A stretch of DNA of 64,000 bases from Mobula hypostoma (Eukaryota), in the NCBI RefSeq assembly GCF_963921235.1, contig NC_086106.1:23622001-23686000 (forward strand), read 5' to 3'. This document shows, in pieces, positions 36,972 through 49,200 of the stretch (positions within the stretch are counted from its first letter, which is position 1; each line of letters opens with the position of its first letter). Under the pieces are notes generated by a model that was given only the letters and a program-made list of their open reading frames with translations, did not search any database and had not been told where the DNA came from. A program made the translations under genes and the position numbers.

Positions 36972-39087
36972 AAGATAACATAATAGTATACTAGATTTTA
37001 TATATATCAATGGAAAAAAAGAAAAAAAAAACCCCAAAAAAAAACCCACCGTGCAACTAACTAAAAGCAAAGCAAAGCAATGGGCTAACTTGAAACCAAA
37101 CAGAGTTAAACTTAAAATCACGTCCTCAATCCCGACCTCCATTAAAACAGTGAAGAGAAAACAAGAAGGGTAAATATTACATTAAATGAAAATATCGAAT
37201 AAAAGGTCCCCAAATCTGTTCAAATTTAAATGAAGAATCATAAAGGTTACTTCTAATTTTCTCCAGATTCAAACATAAAATCGTCTGAGAAAACCAAAAA
37301 AAGGTAGTTGGAGCATTAAGCTCTTTCCAATGTTGTAAAATACATCTTTTCGCCATTAAAGTAAGAAATGCAATCATTCTACGGGCTGAAGGGGAAAGAT
37401 TACTAGAAATTTTAGGTAGTCCAAAGATAGCAGTAATAGGGTGAGGAGAGATATCTATATTTAATACCTTAGAAATAATATTGAAAATATCTCTCCAAAA
37501 AGTTTCCAAAGTAGGGCAAGACCAAAACATATGAGTTAAAGAGGCTATCTGCCCCGAACATCTATCACAGAAAGGATTAATATGCGAGTAAAAACGCGCT
37601 AACTTATCTTTGGACATATGTGCTCTATGAACCACTTTAAATTGAATTAGGGAATGTTTAGCACAAATAGAGGAAGTATTAACTAATTGTAAAATCTGCC
37701 CCCAATCATCCACAGAAATGGTAAGCCCCAATTCCTGTTCCCAATCTACCCTAATCTTATCAAATGGAGCTTTCCTAAGTTTCATAATAATATTATAAAT
37801 CATAGCCGATGCACCTTTCTGACATGGATTAAGGTTAATTATCGAATCTAAAATATATATAGGAGGAAGCATTGGAAAGGAAGTAAGTATAGTACTTAGG
37901 AAATTTCTAACTTGTAAATATCTAAAAAAATGTATTCTTGATAAGTTATATTTGTTAGATAATTGTTCAAAAGACATAAGGGAACCATCTAAAAATAAAT
38001 CCAAAAACCGTAAAATACCCTTAGTCTTCCAAATTTGAAAAGCGCGATCCGTAAAAGAGGGAGGAAAAAATATGTTACCTAAAATAGGAATCGCTAACCC
38101 GAATTGATTAAGATCAAAAAATTTTCTGAATTGAAACCAAATGCGCAAAGCATATTTAACTATCGGGTTAGAGACCTGCTTAAGACGTTTCGAATCAAAA
38201 GGAAGAGAGGAACCTAAAATAGAACCAAGTGTATAACCCTGAACAGATTGTAATTCCAATGCTACCCATTTAGGAATAAATAGTATGTCCCGATCAAGTA
38301 ACCAAAATTTCATATGTCGAATATTAATAGCCCAATAATAAAATCTAAAGTTAGGTAATGCTAAACCTCCATCTCTCTTAGCTTTCTGTAAATGTATTTT
38401 ACCCAGTCTCGGATTCTTGTTCTGCCAAATAAATGAAGAAATTTTAGAGTCAACTTTATCAAAAAAAAGATTTAGGAACGAAAATTGGTAATGCCTGAAA
38501 CACATATAAAAATTTTGGCAAAAAAAACATCTTAACTGCATTAATACGACCAATCAAAGTTAAATATAAGGGAAACCATTTAGATGAAAGTTGAGTAATA
38601 TGGTCTATTAATGGTAAAAAGTTAGTCTTAAATAAATCTTTATGTTTACAAGTAATTTTAATCCCAAGATATGAAAAGTAATTATTAATCAATTTAAATG
38701 GAAATTTATAATATAAGGGAAGATGTTTATTAATCGGAAAAAGTTCACTCTTACTAAGATTTAATTTATAACCTGAGAAAAGACCAAATTGTGCTAATAA
38801 CTCTAAAACAGCAGGAATGGATCTCTCAGGATTAGAAATATATAAAAGTAAATCATCAGCATAGAGTGATAATTTATGGGACTTTTCTTTTTTCCATTGA
38901 TATATATAAAATCTAGTATACTATTATGTTATCTTGGTTTCTTATGCTTAAATTACATTGTTTGTAGTATTTTCTTTTTGGTATTGTTATCTTTTGGAAT
39001 TTTATTATACTTTAACATTGTATTAATGTTTATATGGCTTACCTTTTTTGTATACTTACTCAATAAAAAGATTTAAAAAGAAAGAAA
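36972..39087. mobile_element. 5'-truncated, 5'-inverted L1-clade LINE with 17-bp TSD
   Basis: ORF2 C-terminus on the minus strand (37177-38553; GGLALPN, CDRC...HMFWSCP). 3' UTR with AATAAA and A-rich tail on the plus strand (about 38875-39087). TSD GAGAATAACATTGTTTC at 36955-36971 and 39088-39104. Empty site in the V1 paralog at about 30528. Confidence 0.92.
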
Positions 39088-39135
39088 GAGAATAACATTG
39101 TTTCGTTACAAATCCATTGTGGACGGATCACAGAC

Positions 39136-39181
39136 ATGCGGGTCCTATATTTGTTTCTTAATGCAGCAGCTCTTCTGGCTG
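39136..39181 (+). CDS. TCR alpha/delta-type V gene 2, leader exon (MRVLYLFLNAAALLAG)
   Basis: ATG, signal peptide and donor G|GTAAGT at 39181/39182. Paralog of 30577-30622. Confidence 0.9.
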
Positions 39182-39677
39182 GTAAGTTTCTCGACATTTT
39201 GAAAACCGGCGTACTGACCATGCTGAACAGAATAATTTATCCCTAAATATCAGTAGCGCAACAATGATCATGGCATGAAAGGATTTGGAAGTACGATAGT
39301 AAGATAGATCCAAATCTGTTGCAACTGGAAATAGAATGTTTGATGCAGGACAACCCAGGACAACCACAGCCGAATTGACCCAGTCCTTGGCGGGGAAGTG
39401 TTGTTTTTTTTTGTTTGTTTTGTTTTGTTTTCCTCCTGTGATACAATGGGTACAAAAACTCGTTGATTGAGGCGATTGGAAGTTTTCTCAAAAGATAATT
39501 GAATTCGGGGTATCTTGCCACCACTGCTAATTTTAGAAGCGAGTTTTACCTCAAGTTGAAACACCCAGCCCGCTGCTCGGACTGTAGAAAGGATGCAAGA
39601 GTTAGATTCGGAATTATGCAAGCGGAATATTGATATTCATTAATTGAAATTTTGAAATTATTTTTGGACTATAACAG

Positions 39678-39984
39678 GACACTGCCGAGGCGACGCTGTT
39701 TATCAGTCACCTGCTGTCACCACAGTCGTGGAAGGGAAATTTGCCGTGTTAAACTGTAACTATACAGCTGCAAGCTTAAACAACCCTGCACTAATCTGGT
39801 ACCGTCAGTATCCCGGAGGGTCTCTGGAATTTCTTTTGCTCCGTTCGAAATTCGACAAACACCAAGAGAATATTCCCCGACAACGGTTCACGGCGCAACT
39901 GAATGATTCGAGCAGAACGGTCCCACTGACAATATCTGAAACACATCTAGGAGACACTGCCATGTATTACTGTGCTCTGAGCCC
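39678..39984 (+). CDS. TRAV/DV: TCR alpha/delta-type V gene 2, V exon (intact)
   Basis: Acceptor ataacAG. Open frame HCRGDAVYQSPAVTTVVEGKFAVLNCNYTAASLNNPALIWYRQYPGGSLEFLLLRSKFDKHQENIPRQRFTAQLNDSSRTVPLTISETHLGDTAMYYCALS. 84 of 101 residues identical to V1. Confidence 0.94.
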
Positions 39985-40023
39985 CACAGGGGTACAGAAC
40001 TAGTCTAAACCTGTACAATAACT
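39985..40023 (+). promoter_or_regulatory. Recombination signal sequence, 23-bp spacer
   Basis: CACAGGG (39985-39991), 23 nt, ACAATAACT (40015-40023). Confidence 0.92.
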
Positions 40024-42409
40024 AGCTTAGTTCTCTGGTGGTGCTAAGTATAATAGTCGACTTCTGAGCGTCCGTAGGTCATTTGTCGACCCGGGATTTG
40101 TTTAAATTTCAATATATTTATTGAGATTATTACTCTTCAATATGTTCCAATGCACATGCAGCCGCCAAATTCTCGCCTCTCGTCTTTAAGCCGACAAAGG
40201 AAACGACAACCTTCCATTGTTTCTTTTTCACTCACCATTTCGAAAAAGAGTCTCTTTCCCTTGCATTGGGGTGGATGCGGATTTTGGAGTGAAATATTGT
40301 TTATTCTGCAGTATACTACTGTGGTAAAATCTTACATTTTCCAGAATGTAGTATTAATTGCAGTTTTTAACATGAAGACGTTATTGTTTTATTTGCTCTT
40401 CCAAAAATTTATTTCAAAGCCATACTGCAGCGCCCTCGTATGGTTTACGAAGTAACTGCAATCTAAAGTTGTCGGGGTGTTCACAACGATCACAAAGAAC
40501 AAGCAGGTGGGTGCTCTTGTACAGGGCGAATTTGAATTTTAATTTACCACTCACCCTCACTGAGCTAATCAAGGTAGATTTAGTTTACAGAGCGAGCATT
40601 GCATTTTTTGTCTTTCCTCAGAAATGCACAGCTGCACCTCTCGTTTCAGGAAATAACATTATCACCAGTCATAACATTACGCAAAAAAGTCTGTGTAATG
40701 AGTAACAGAAACACTATGGACAATTGAACGAGGAATGGGTATCGTGAACATCAAAAGGTTTATCATGAAAAAAATTATATGTTAACCGTAAGGCTTGCCG
40801 AAGTGTCAATGATATGAGCAACCGAAATCCTTTGCTATGTTCACTCAAGTCAAATCAAGTTTATTTATAAAACATTTTCAAAACAACCCATGTTGACTAA
40901 AGTGCTGTACAAACCATGGCAGGTAGCTAAAATCGCAAATAAAAGAAGCACAGATACAAACACAAGGCGCACAGCTTTTCACACTCCTTATTTCGCTGGT
41001 CTTTTGAAATAAGTTTTGTCCTTTTACTCTGGAGTTCCTGCGGTTGGAAATAAAAACAAGCTAAACGCATCGCTTGTGGCCCGGCCGTTAAATTTTCCTA
41101 ATCAAAACAACGTCGCAGGCAATCCATCTTTTTCAAAAAAATAAAAATAAAAATAACGGCCGAGGGAAAATACCGGAGCAAAATAGCGATTCCTGTGCGA
41201 TTCCTTCGGTTTAATGTTCACAAACCCTTAAACTCTAAAGAAGATCTCAAAACGTGTTTGATGGAAGGATCTGCGTGATATATCACTGCTGGATGGTTAT
41301 AAAGTACTTACCTCGGCTTTCATATCTTGCTCACGATTATGTCTGGCCTCTGCAGCGAGTTGAAGATGACAATACCTAAATGCTCAAAGCGATTGTGGCG
41401 TGCACACAGTCACAAAACTAAACATATCACGTATGCGATGCGCCGTTTCATCAAGGCTGATGCAATTTTCCCCTTAGCCGCTATTTACCTCCCGGCTTCT
41501 CCACGTATCCGTTCACACACTGACCAATCAACAGTCTGTCAAACTCTGTTGTAAATACACATATAAACGTGTTCCACAGCTGTCTGTGCCAAACAATTCC
41601 ACAGGTTCACAATCCTTTGGCTTAAAATAATACATCCTCCGTTTTAAAACATCGCCCCTCTATACTGAGTCTGTACCTGTGTTGTTAGACTCTTCCACCA
41701 CATGAAACATACTCTCCATACCCACTCGATCAATGACTTCCACGATTCGTTATGTTCCAGTGAATTCTAATGGATGGACAAAGAAGTCATCTGGCGCTTC
41801 TGCAAGATATTTTGAAATAAGCTCTTATAATCGTTTGTTTTGTTGTCCTAACTAATATTTAGATATTCAACATCTTCGATAAAGGTTGCATCATTGAACA
41901 AAGAACTGTAAATCCATTTTCAACTGTAAAGGTAAGAAGGCTGCAACGTGTCGGCCTGAATGCTGTTCTTCCATATTGGCACAACAGCCAAAAATTCTGT
42001 AATTATTGTTCAATAGCATACATTAAGATGACTTTGGTACCTTGGTTAGAATGTTCTTGTAGTTCAGCTTACCCATTGCTATAATCCATGATTCCAAATT
42101 GTTCTGAGTGTGGATTTACTTGTTCCTTTCAGGGAGTAAAGTTAATCTTCTGTCCTTATTTCTAACAAGGAAATAAGAAATCATATTGCAAGCCAGATAA
42201 GTGTTTTGTGGTTAAGAAACGTTTCTTATTCTGCACCTTTTTTTAGTTTTATATTTTATTGCAGTCTGTATTGCTTGTCTATAAATCCTCGTAGCATTTC
42301 CAAAGTGTTTACCGTTTTGCAGTTTCCAGAATACACTCACAAAATAAAAAAAAAATTCTGATAGCATCGCCATGAGCATATCGAATTGAAAATGATCTGA
42401 CAACACTGA

Positions 42410-43262
42410 GCAAAACACAACTTAATGCTGGAGGAACTCACCAGGNNNNNNNNNNNNNNNNNNNNNNNNNNNNNNNNNNNNNNNNNNNNNNNNNNNNNNN
42501 NNNNNNNNNNNNNNNNNNNNNNNNNNNNNNNNNNNNNNNNNNNNNNNNNNNNNNNNNNNNNNNNNNNNNNNNNNNNNNNNNNNNNNNNNNNNNNNNNNNN
42601 NNNNNNNNNNNNNNNNNNNNNNNNNNNNNNNNNNNNNNNNNNNNNNNNCGAAACCCTTTGGCAGGCGAAACAAAGCAGAGGATTAGAAGTAAGTGCCGTA
42701 GTAGAGGAGTGAGAACGACCAAGTAACATTAAAACATGGCGGTGTTTCCATTCCGACGTCCATCCCTGGCATTGATTGCACACTTATTTTGGAGAAAAAT
42801 CGGTTGTATTCTCTTTGAGTAGCCTCCAACCTATTGGCATGGTCATGGATTTCTCAAACTTCCGTAATGCACCCAATGCATTTCCTATCCCCTTTTCCCT
42901 CTCTCACCGTATCTCCTTGCCCGCACATAAACAGGCTCTGCTGTCATCAACCACCCCTCCCCAACACATATATTTTTTTTTCCTCCATGGCCTTCTGCCT
43001 CTTTCACAAATCAACTGTCCAGAACTTTACTGCATTCTTCTCAATCTGCGGTTTACATATCACCTAGTGTTTCTCTCTGCCCTCTGCACCTTCACCCCAC
43101 CCTTTTCAAACGTATCCTTAGTTTTACGTTTTCTTTTCTTCTGTCCGACCAAAATATTTCGTATTGAAACGTCAACGGAACTTCTTTTTTCCAATAGCAA
43201 CTGCAGGGCCTGCAGAATTCCTACAGCATTCTGTGTGTTGTTCAGATATCCAGCATCTGGTA
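42410..43262. mobile_element. Old Penelope-derived element (block A copy 2), interrupted by assembly gap
   Basis: Same termini and GIY-YIG remnant as 6670-7375. A partial third copy lies at about 45900-46505. Confidence 0.65.
42446..42648. other. Assembly gap (203 N)
   Basis: Run of N in the sequence. Confidence 1.
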
Positions 43263-46200
43263 AGTAACTCGAAAGGATGCTTAGCGAATAGAGTTTAGTG
43301 AAATGGCAAATCCAAGTTTTGAAAGTGTCGCAACTTTTTCGAATTTAGCCTGAATCACAGAAATAAAACACATCCGTTGATGTATTTTCATAATGGACAG
43401 ACCTGAGATGCTCCTTTACGTGTGCTGTCTCCATTCTTTCATTCCAACTAATTGTTCTGCACAACAAAGTAGCATCGGTGATCCGTGACTGCCTATAATG
43501 GAAGTGAAGCTATTTAAGGCATAGTTGACATCACAATACCTTTAGGTAGATTTTTCATCTTTCACTGGGTCTGTAAAAAAAAAATTAAAAATATCGAGAA
43601 AAAATCATATGATTCAATTTACATTTTTGAAATTCAATATTTTTAAAAGTTTTTTTGGTAAGTTGTAATGTAATTCTGCAAATAATAAGTAATCTGCATA
43701 TGAGTTAAGTGTAGGATTAGCGGTTCACTATTCATGCATGCCAGTTATTTCAAATAAGGCAGATTTTGGAACTTACCCAAAGTATTAACACAGTTAATGC
43801 TTCTGACGTTGTCGCATAGACAAAAGGGTGCAGCAGTATCTTAGGCACCTTTTCCTTCCTGGAAATCTGTTTTTTTTTGTGTGTTTTTTTTGGTTTTGCA
43901 GTATGGATTGACATATTATAAGGAAACCAATGTCAGGACAAATTCGATGGTTTATGGAAGCAACGTAATTCTCTCAGAAGTTGACCATTCCAAATCAAAC
44001 GTAATGCTATTGTTTGTAGTTTTAGGACATCTATTCAGATTATGTTAAGGCTTGCTAAATAAAACAGTGATCAGTCACTCAAATAAATTTTCCTCTGGGC
44101 GACCTGTTTGTGAGTCGTATGTTTATCCTATTTGTTTACTCTGCGCTTGTTTTATTGTGCTGGGATTGATGTGTTACTTTGTAGCCTCGTCCAAAGTACA
44201 ACAAAGCATCTCTTTCTCAAACGACAGGACATGTCAGTGTTTAGTCTGCACTAAATTCAATTTGAAATGCCACAACCACAAATAGTACTAGCTGACTTTG
44301 TCTTATATACAGGCAGAATCAGGTTTATTATCACTGGAATCTGTGGTGAGATTTGTTAATATAACAGCAGCAGTTCACTGAAACAGAGAAGAACGGGAAA
44401 AAAAAACAAATATAATAATGACACTAATTCATAAATAAGTAAATCAATCACAGTATACTTTTATTGAATAGATTAAAAATCGTGCAGAACCAGAAATATT
44501 ATATACTAAAAACACAGTTACATACAGTGAAGGAGTTCCATGTGCATTTAGGAATCGGACCGTATAGTGGAAGAAGCTATTCCTGAATTGTTGTGTGTCT
44601 GCCATCTGTACATCCTACCCGATCGTAACAGTGAGAAAAGTGCACATCCTGGGTACTGGAGGACCTGAATAATTGACGCTGCCTTTCTGAAACACCACTC
44701 CTGGAATATTTCCTGGCTACTCGGTAGGCTCGAACAGAAGATGGAGCTGCCTACATTTACAACACTCTGCTGCTTCTTTCGGTCTTATGCAGTAGCCTTC
44801 CGACCCCATCCCCCACCATACCAAACTGTGCTGCAGCCTGTTAGGAAATTATAGCCTGACCGTTATATTATTTCTGCCAATTTTACGTAGGGCAAGATAT
44901 GAAATTGTAAATCATTATACTCATTCATTCTTCGGAAACTGTGTAAACAGAAAAAAAAATGTTTCTACACATGATTCAAAGAAGACATATTACATTGCCA
45001 TTTACCTCTCTTTTTTAGTAACATTATCAGTTACTTTGCCTTAGCAGATCAAACCCCTTTATTTGGTTCGAGATACGAGCTGATCACGTGAACAAAGAAG
45101 GTAATTTGATGTGAAAAGCTCACCAAATCAGGAACGAGGACTTTGTTTTGAAATTCTTAATCTCTGCTGATTTTGCTGGTGGTCATCTTATGATGTACAC
45201 TCTTATTTACCTATTATCCGTTGTTCTCTACACGGAGCTTGATGATGCAGGGAACTGCATTGCGATAGGTCGAGCCATTACAATTCTATATGTTTCTTTT
45301 TCTGAACTCTTTCTCCTTTTGCAATCTCTTCAGTTCGTTTTATTCAGCTGGTCCACAGAGGTTTACATCTCAGAACTGACAGACTGCACTGTATCAAATG
45401 TATTTGTGCAGATGAATTTATTCTTATAATTGAAGAATTTGGTTATAAATTGTTAAATCACCTGAGATTAAAAGGGGGCAGAAACAAACGAAAAAAAAGG
45501 CGTTCCCTTTGTTACTGCATGGACAATAACAAGTTGTGAAAAGTACTCCTGACACGCATTGACAGTTCTCTCTCATGCTATATTAGTTGCTAATTGCTTG
45601 TTTTTAGCTTTCTCGTTCTCTAAACTACCGAGGCTCGTGCATGGCCATGAATTAATTCATAATAAAAATGTGTGTTGGAATCCTGATGGCCATTTATAAT
45701 ATCTCAGGATGTTGTCATGGCCCTTCCTTCAACTACATACAAACACTCTAGTCGTCTGTTTACTCTATCTGTGGACATGTGGTCGTCTAGAACGAGTGGT
45801 GATTGATAACTGAATCTTAGGATTAAAGAAGTACACCTGCTCCTCTGTTTGTCTGCTTCGGAGGTTGAGACACTGGTCTAATTTGGTGCAACAAATTACT
45901 CTAGGCAGCCGACCACGATTCTGGAGTGATCCAGAATCCGCCTCTACCTAATGCAAGGGATAGAGGATCCTCTTCGAATTGGAAGAGGACGTCCATCCGT
46001 GGCCTCTTACAGTGTGGCGTTGAGACCACACTTAGTTTGGAGGTAAATCCTTTGTATTCTGTTTGAGTAGCCTCCAACCTGTTGGCATGGTCATCGATTT
46101 CTAAAACTTCCGGAATACTCTCACTGCATTTCCTTGTCCCTTTTCCATCTCTCACCGTATCTCCTTGCCTGCTCATAAACTGGCTCTGTTGTCATCAACC

Positions 46201-49200
46201 TGCACACCCCGACGTTTAATTTCTCCTTGGCCTTCTGCCTCTTTCAACAATCAACTGCCCGGGATTTACTGCATTCTTCCCCAGAAAGGGTTCACATTTC
46301 ACCTAGTGTTACTCTCTGCCCTCAGCACCCCCATACCACCCTGTTCAACATTATCCTCAGTTTTCTGTTTTTTTTTCTTCTGCCGACCGAAATATTTCAT
46401 ATTGAAACGTCAACGGAACTTTTTTTTTCCATAGCTGATGTGTGGCATGCAAAATTTCCTACAGCATTCTGATTGTTGCTTGAATATCCAGCATCTGCAG
46501 ATATTTCGTTTCTCTTTCATGTGATCTGACAACACTGAGAAATGTCTGTAGTTACATCAAATTGCGTAGCTAACAGGAATTACGAGCGGCCAATTGCTGA
46601 AAGACTGTCCTGAAATGTGGTCAGCTATTCATGAAGGTATCACATTATTTGTTAAGGGAAGTATTTTCCAGTTCCCCCCACCACTCTGTTCCAGTCCACG
46701 CAACGCACGACAACTTCCATTGCAGATGGCTTTGCTGAATTCTCTCCACTGGGGTGGAAATTATTTCTTTCGGTAATCTGGTACGTAGATTGAAAGGATA
46801 CTCAGTTAAAAGAGTTTTGCAAAATGGCAAATCCAAGTTGTGAAAGTGCCGCAACTTTTTCAAATTTAGCCTGAATCTCAGACATAAAACGCAACCGTAG
46901 ATGTATTTTCAGGACGGACAGACGTGAGATACTCTTTTGATTTACTGTCTCCATTCTTCCATTCTAAATAATTGTACTGCACAACAAAGTAGCATTGGTG
47001 ATCCGTCACGGCCTATAATGGAAGTGAAGCTACTTAAAGCATAGTTGTCATCACAATACCTTTAGCTCGATATTTCACCTTTAATAATGTCTGCAACAAA
47101 ATAAAATGAAAATGCCGAGAAAAAAAAATGATTCAATTGACATTTTTGAAATTCAATTTTTTTTATGTTTTTCAGAATTTGTTTTGTAATTCTGCTTATA
47201 ATAAGTAACCTGCATTTGAATGAAGTGTAGGATCAGAGGTTCACTAAGCTTGTATGCCAGTTATGTAAAATAAGGCAGGTTTTAGAACTTACCCAAAGTA
47301 TTAACACAATTACTGCTTCTGACGTTGTCGGATAGACAAAAGGGTACAACAGTATATTAGGCGCCTTTTCCGTCCTGGAATTCTGCTTCTTCTTTTTTTT
47401 TTTTGCAGTATGGATTGACATATTATAGGGAAAGAAATGTCAGGACCAATACGGTGGTTTATGGACACAACAGAATGCTCTCAGATGTTAGCCATCCCAA
47501 ATCAAACCTATTGCTAATGTTAGTCGTTTTTGGATATCTATCAGATTATGTTAAGGCTTGCTAAATAAAACAGTGATCAGCCAATGAAATAAAATATCCT
47601 CTGGGCAACCTGCTTGTGAGTCGTTTTTTTTTAAATTGTGTGTTTATTTTCGAATATTAAAAACTCTACTACGCAGGCTGGCAACTAGCCCTTTCTCTGC
47701 TGCTGCCTTTTCATCTGTATTCGCTACTGCCAGATCATTTAATTTGCAATAGGAAGATACTAATCGAATGGGGAGTACAATTTTCTAAAATGTTCATGTG
47801 ACGTATTATTTGTGTTATTACAATCTATGTTTTCCACGAGACCATCGGACTTTGGAGCCGAATTAGGCCATTTAGTCTATCGATTCTGATCCACAATCGA
47901 TCATGACTGTTGCCGGATCCCGCTCAACCCCATGTGCATGCCTTCTAACCATACCATTTAGTGCCCTGCCCAATTAGTTAACAATCAAATTGCTCCTGAA
48001 ATATACGCATGTAGTTAGTCTCCACCACAGTCTGTGGCAGAGAATTGCACAGACTTACTTAACTCTGACTCAATAAAAATATCCTCCCTACTTTCTTCCT
48101 CTTGCCTGTCAAAAATCTACTATCCATACCAGTATCTTTCCTGTAACGACATACGATTTTACCTCGTTAAGCAGTTGCATGCATTCATGTTAACAAACAA
48201 CTTCTGAAAATCGAGGTAAATGACATCCACTGCCTCTGCTTTGGCAGACTTGCTCTTTGCTTCCTCGAAGATCTCAAACACGTTTTTCAGGCAGGATTTC
48301 CCTTTGCAGACAACATGCTGATTTTGACTTATTTTATCATCAGTTTCCAAGTACCTCAAAATCACATCTTTAATAACTGGCTCCAACATTTTTCCAGCAA
48401 AAGACGTTTGGCTAGCTGGTCGACAATTCCGTCTTTAAACTTCCACCCTTCTCAAAGAGCGAAGTAATAATTCCAATCCTCCAGACGCCCGGGACCCTGA
48501 TGGAATCAAGCCATTCTTGAAAGATCATGCTATATTAGCTTCAACCACTCCCAGCAGCTCTAGTAAATCGTCCAGCAATAATATTGGCTCCCTAGTACTC
48601 AAATGCAAGCTGTCTCTTTTGTAGTAGTCTCACTTGTCCCGCATGGCGTCGCAGTAATTAGCTAGAATTTTTAATCCCTGCCCATTGCTCGAAAATCTTG
48701 AGGCACACATTTATAAGCCAACTCATTATATTCATATCCTGCACTATCGCTTTACACAAGAAGAAATCCTGTGATTAATACCATTGAGTGTTGTTTCTAA
48801 GCTCCTTCCTAACACTTTATATTCATCTTCATGAACTCCTGCATTTTCCTTCCTATGTAGTCGGTACCAGTATATAACACGATTCTGGTAGCACATTTCC
48901 GTCCCCCCAATCTTTTCAGGAAGTTATGGACCGCGGCATCTGAGAGGCAAAGTACCATTCGGGTTTCATGGTTGCATCCGCTGAATCGCTTGGCCCTCCC
49001 CCTGACATAGAGTCCGCTATATCTAATGTCACCCTCTCAGTTTCCTTATTCTTTTGAGCCAAGTGGCCATATGCAGTGCGAGAGCTCGCCCCCACCCCAA
49101 TAGTAATCAAAGATGAGTACTTGAGGGGTCTGTAACAGGATTGACCTGCATTATGTCACTTTCCCCCTGTTCTCTCCTGACAGTCACTTGGGGTGATTAT

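Larger units (their letters stand above)
34405..40965 (+). repeat. Partial cassette duplicate carrying V gene 2 (paralog of about 28005-32460)
   Basis: Collinear homology on both sides of the V gene, interrupted only by the L1 at 36972-39087. Confidence 0.9.
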
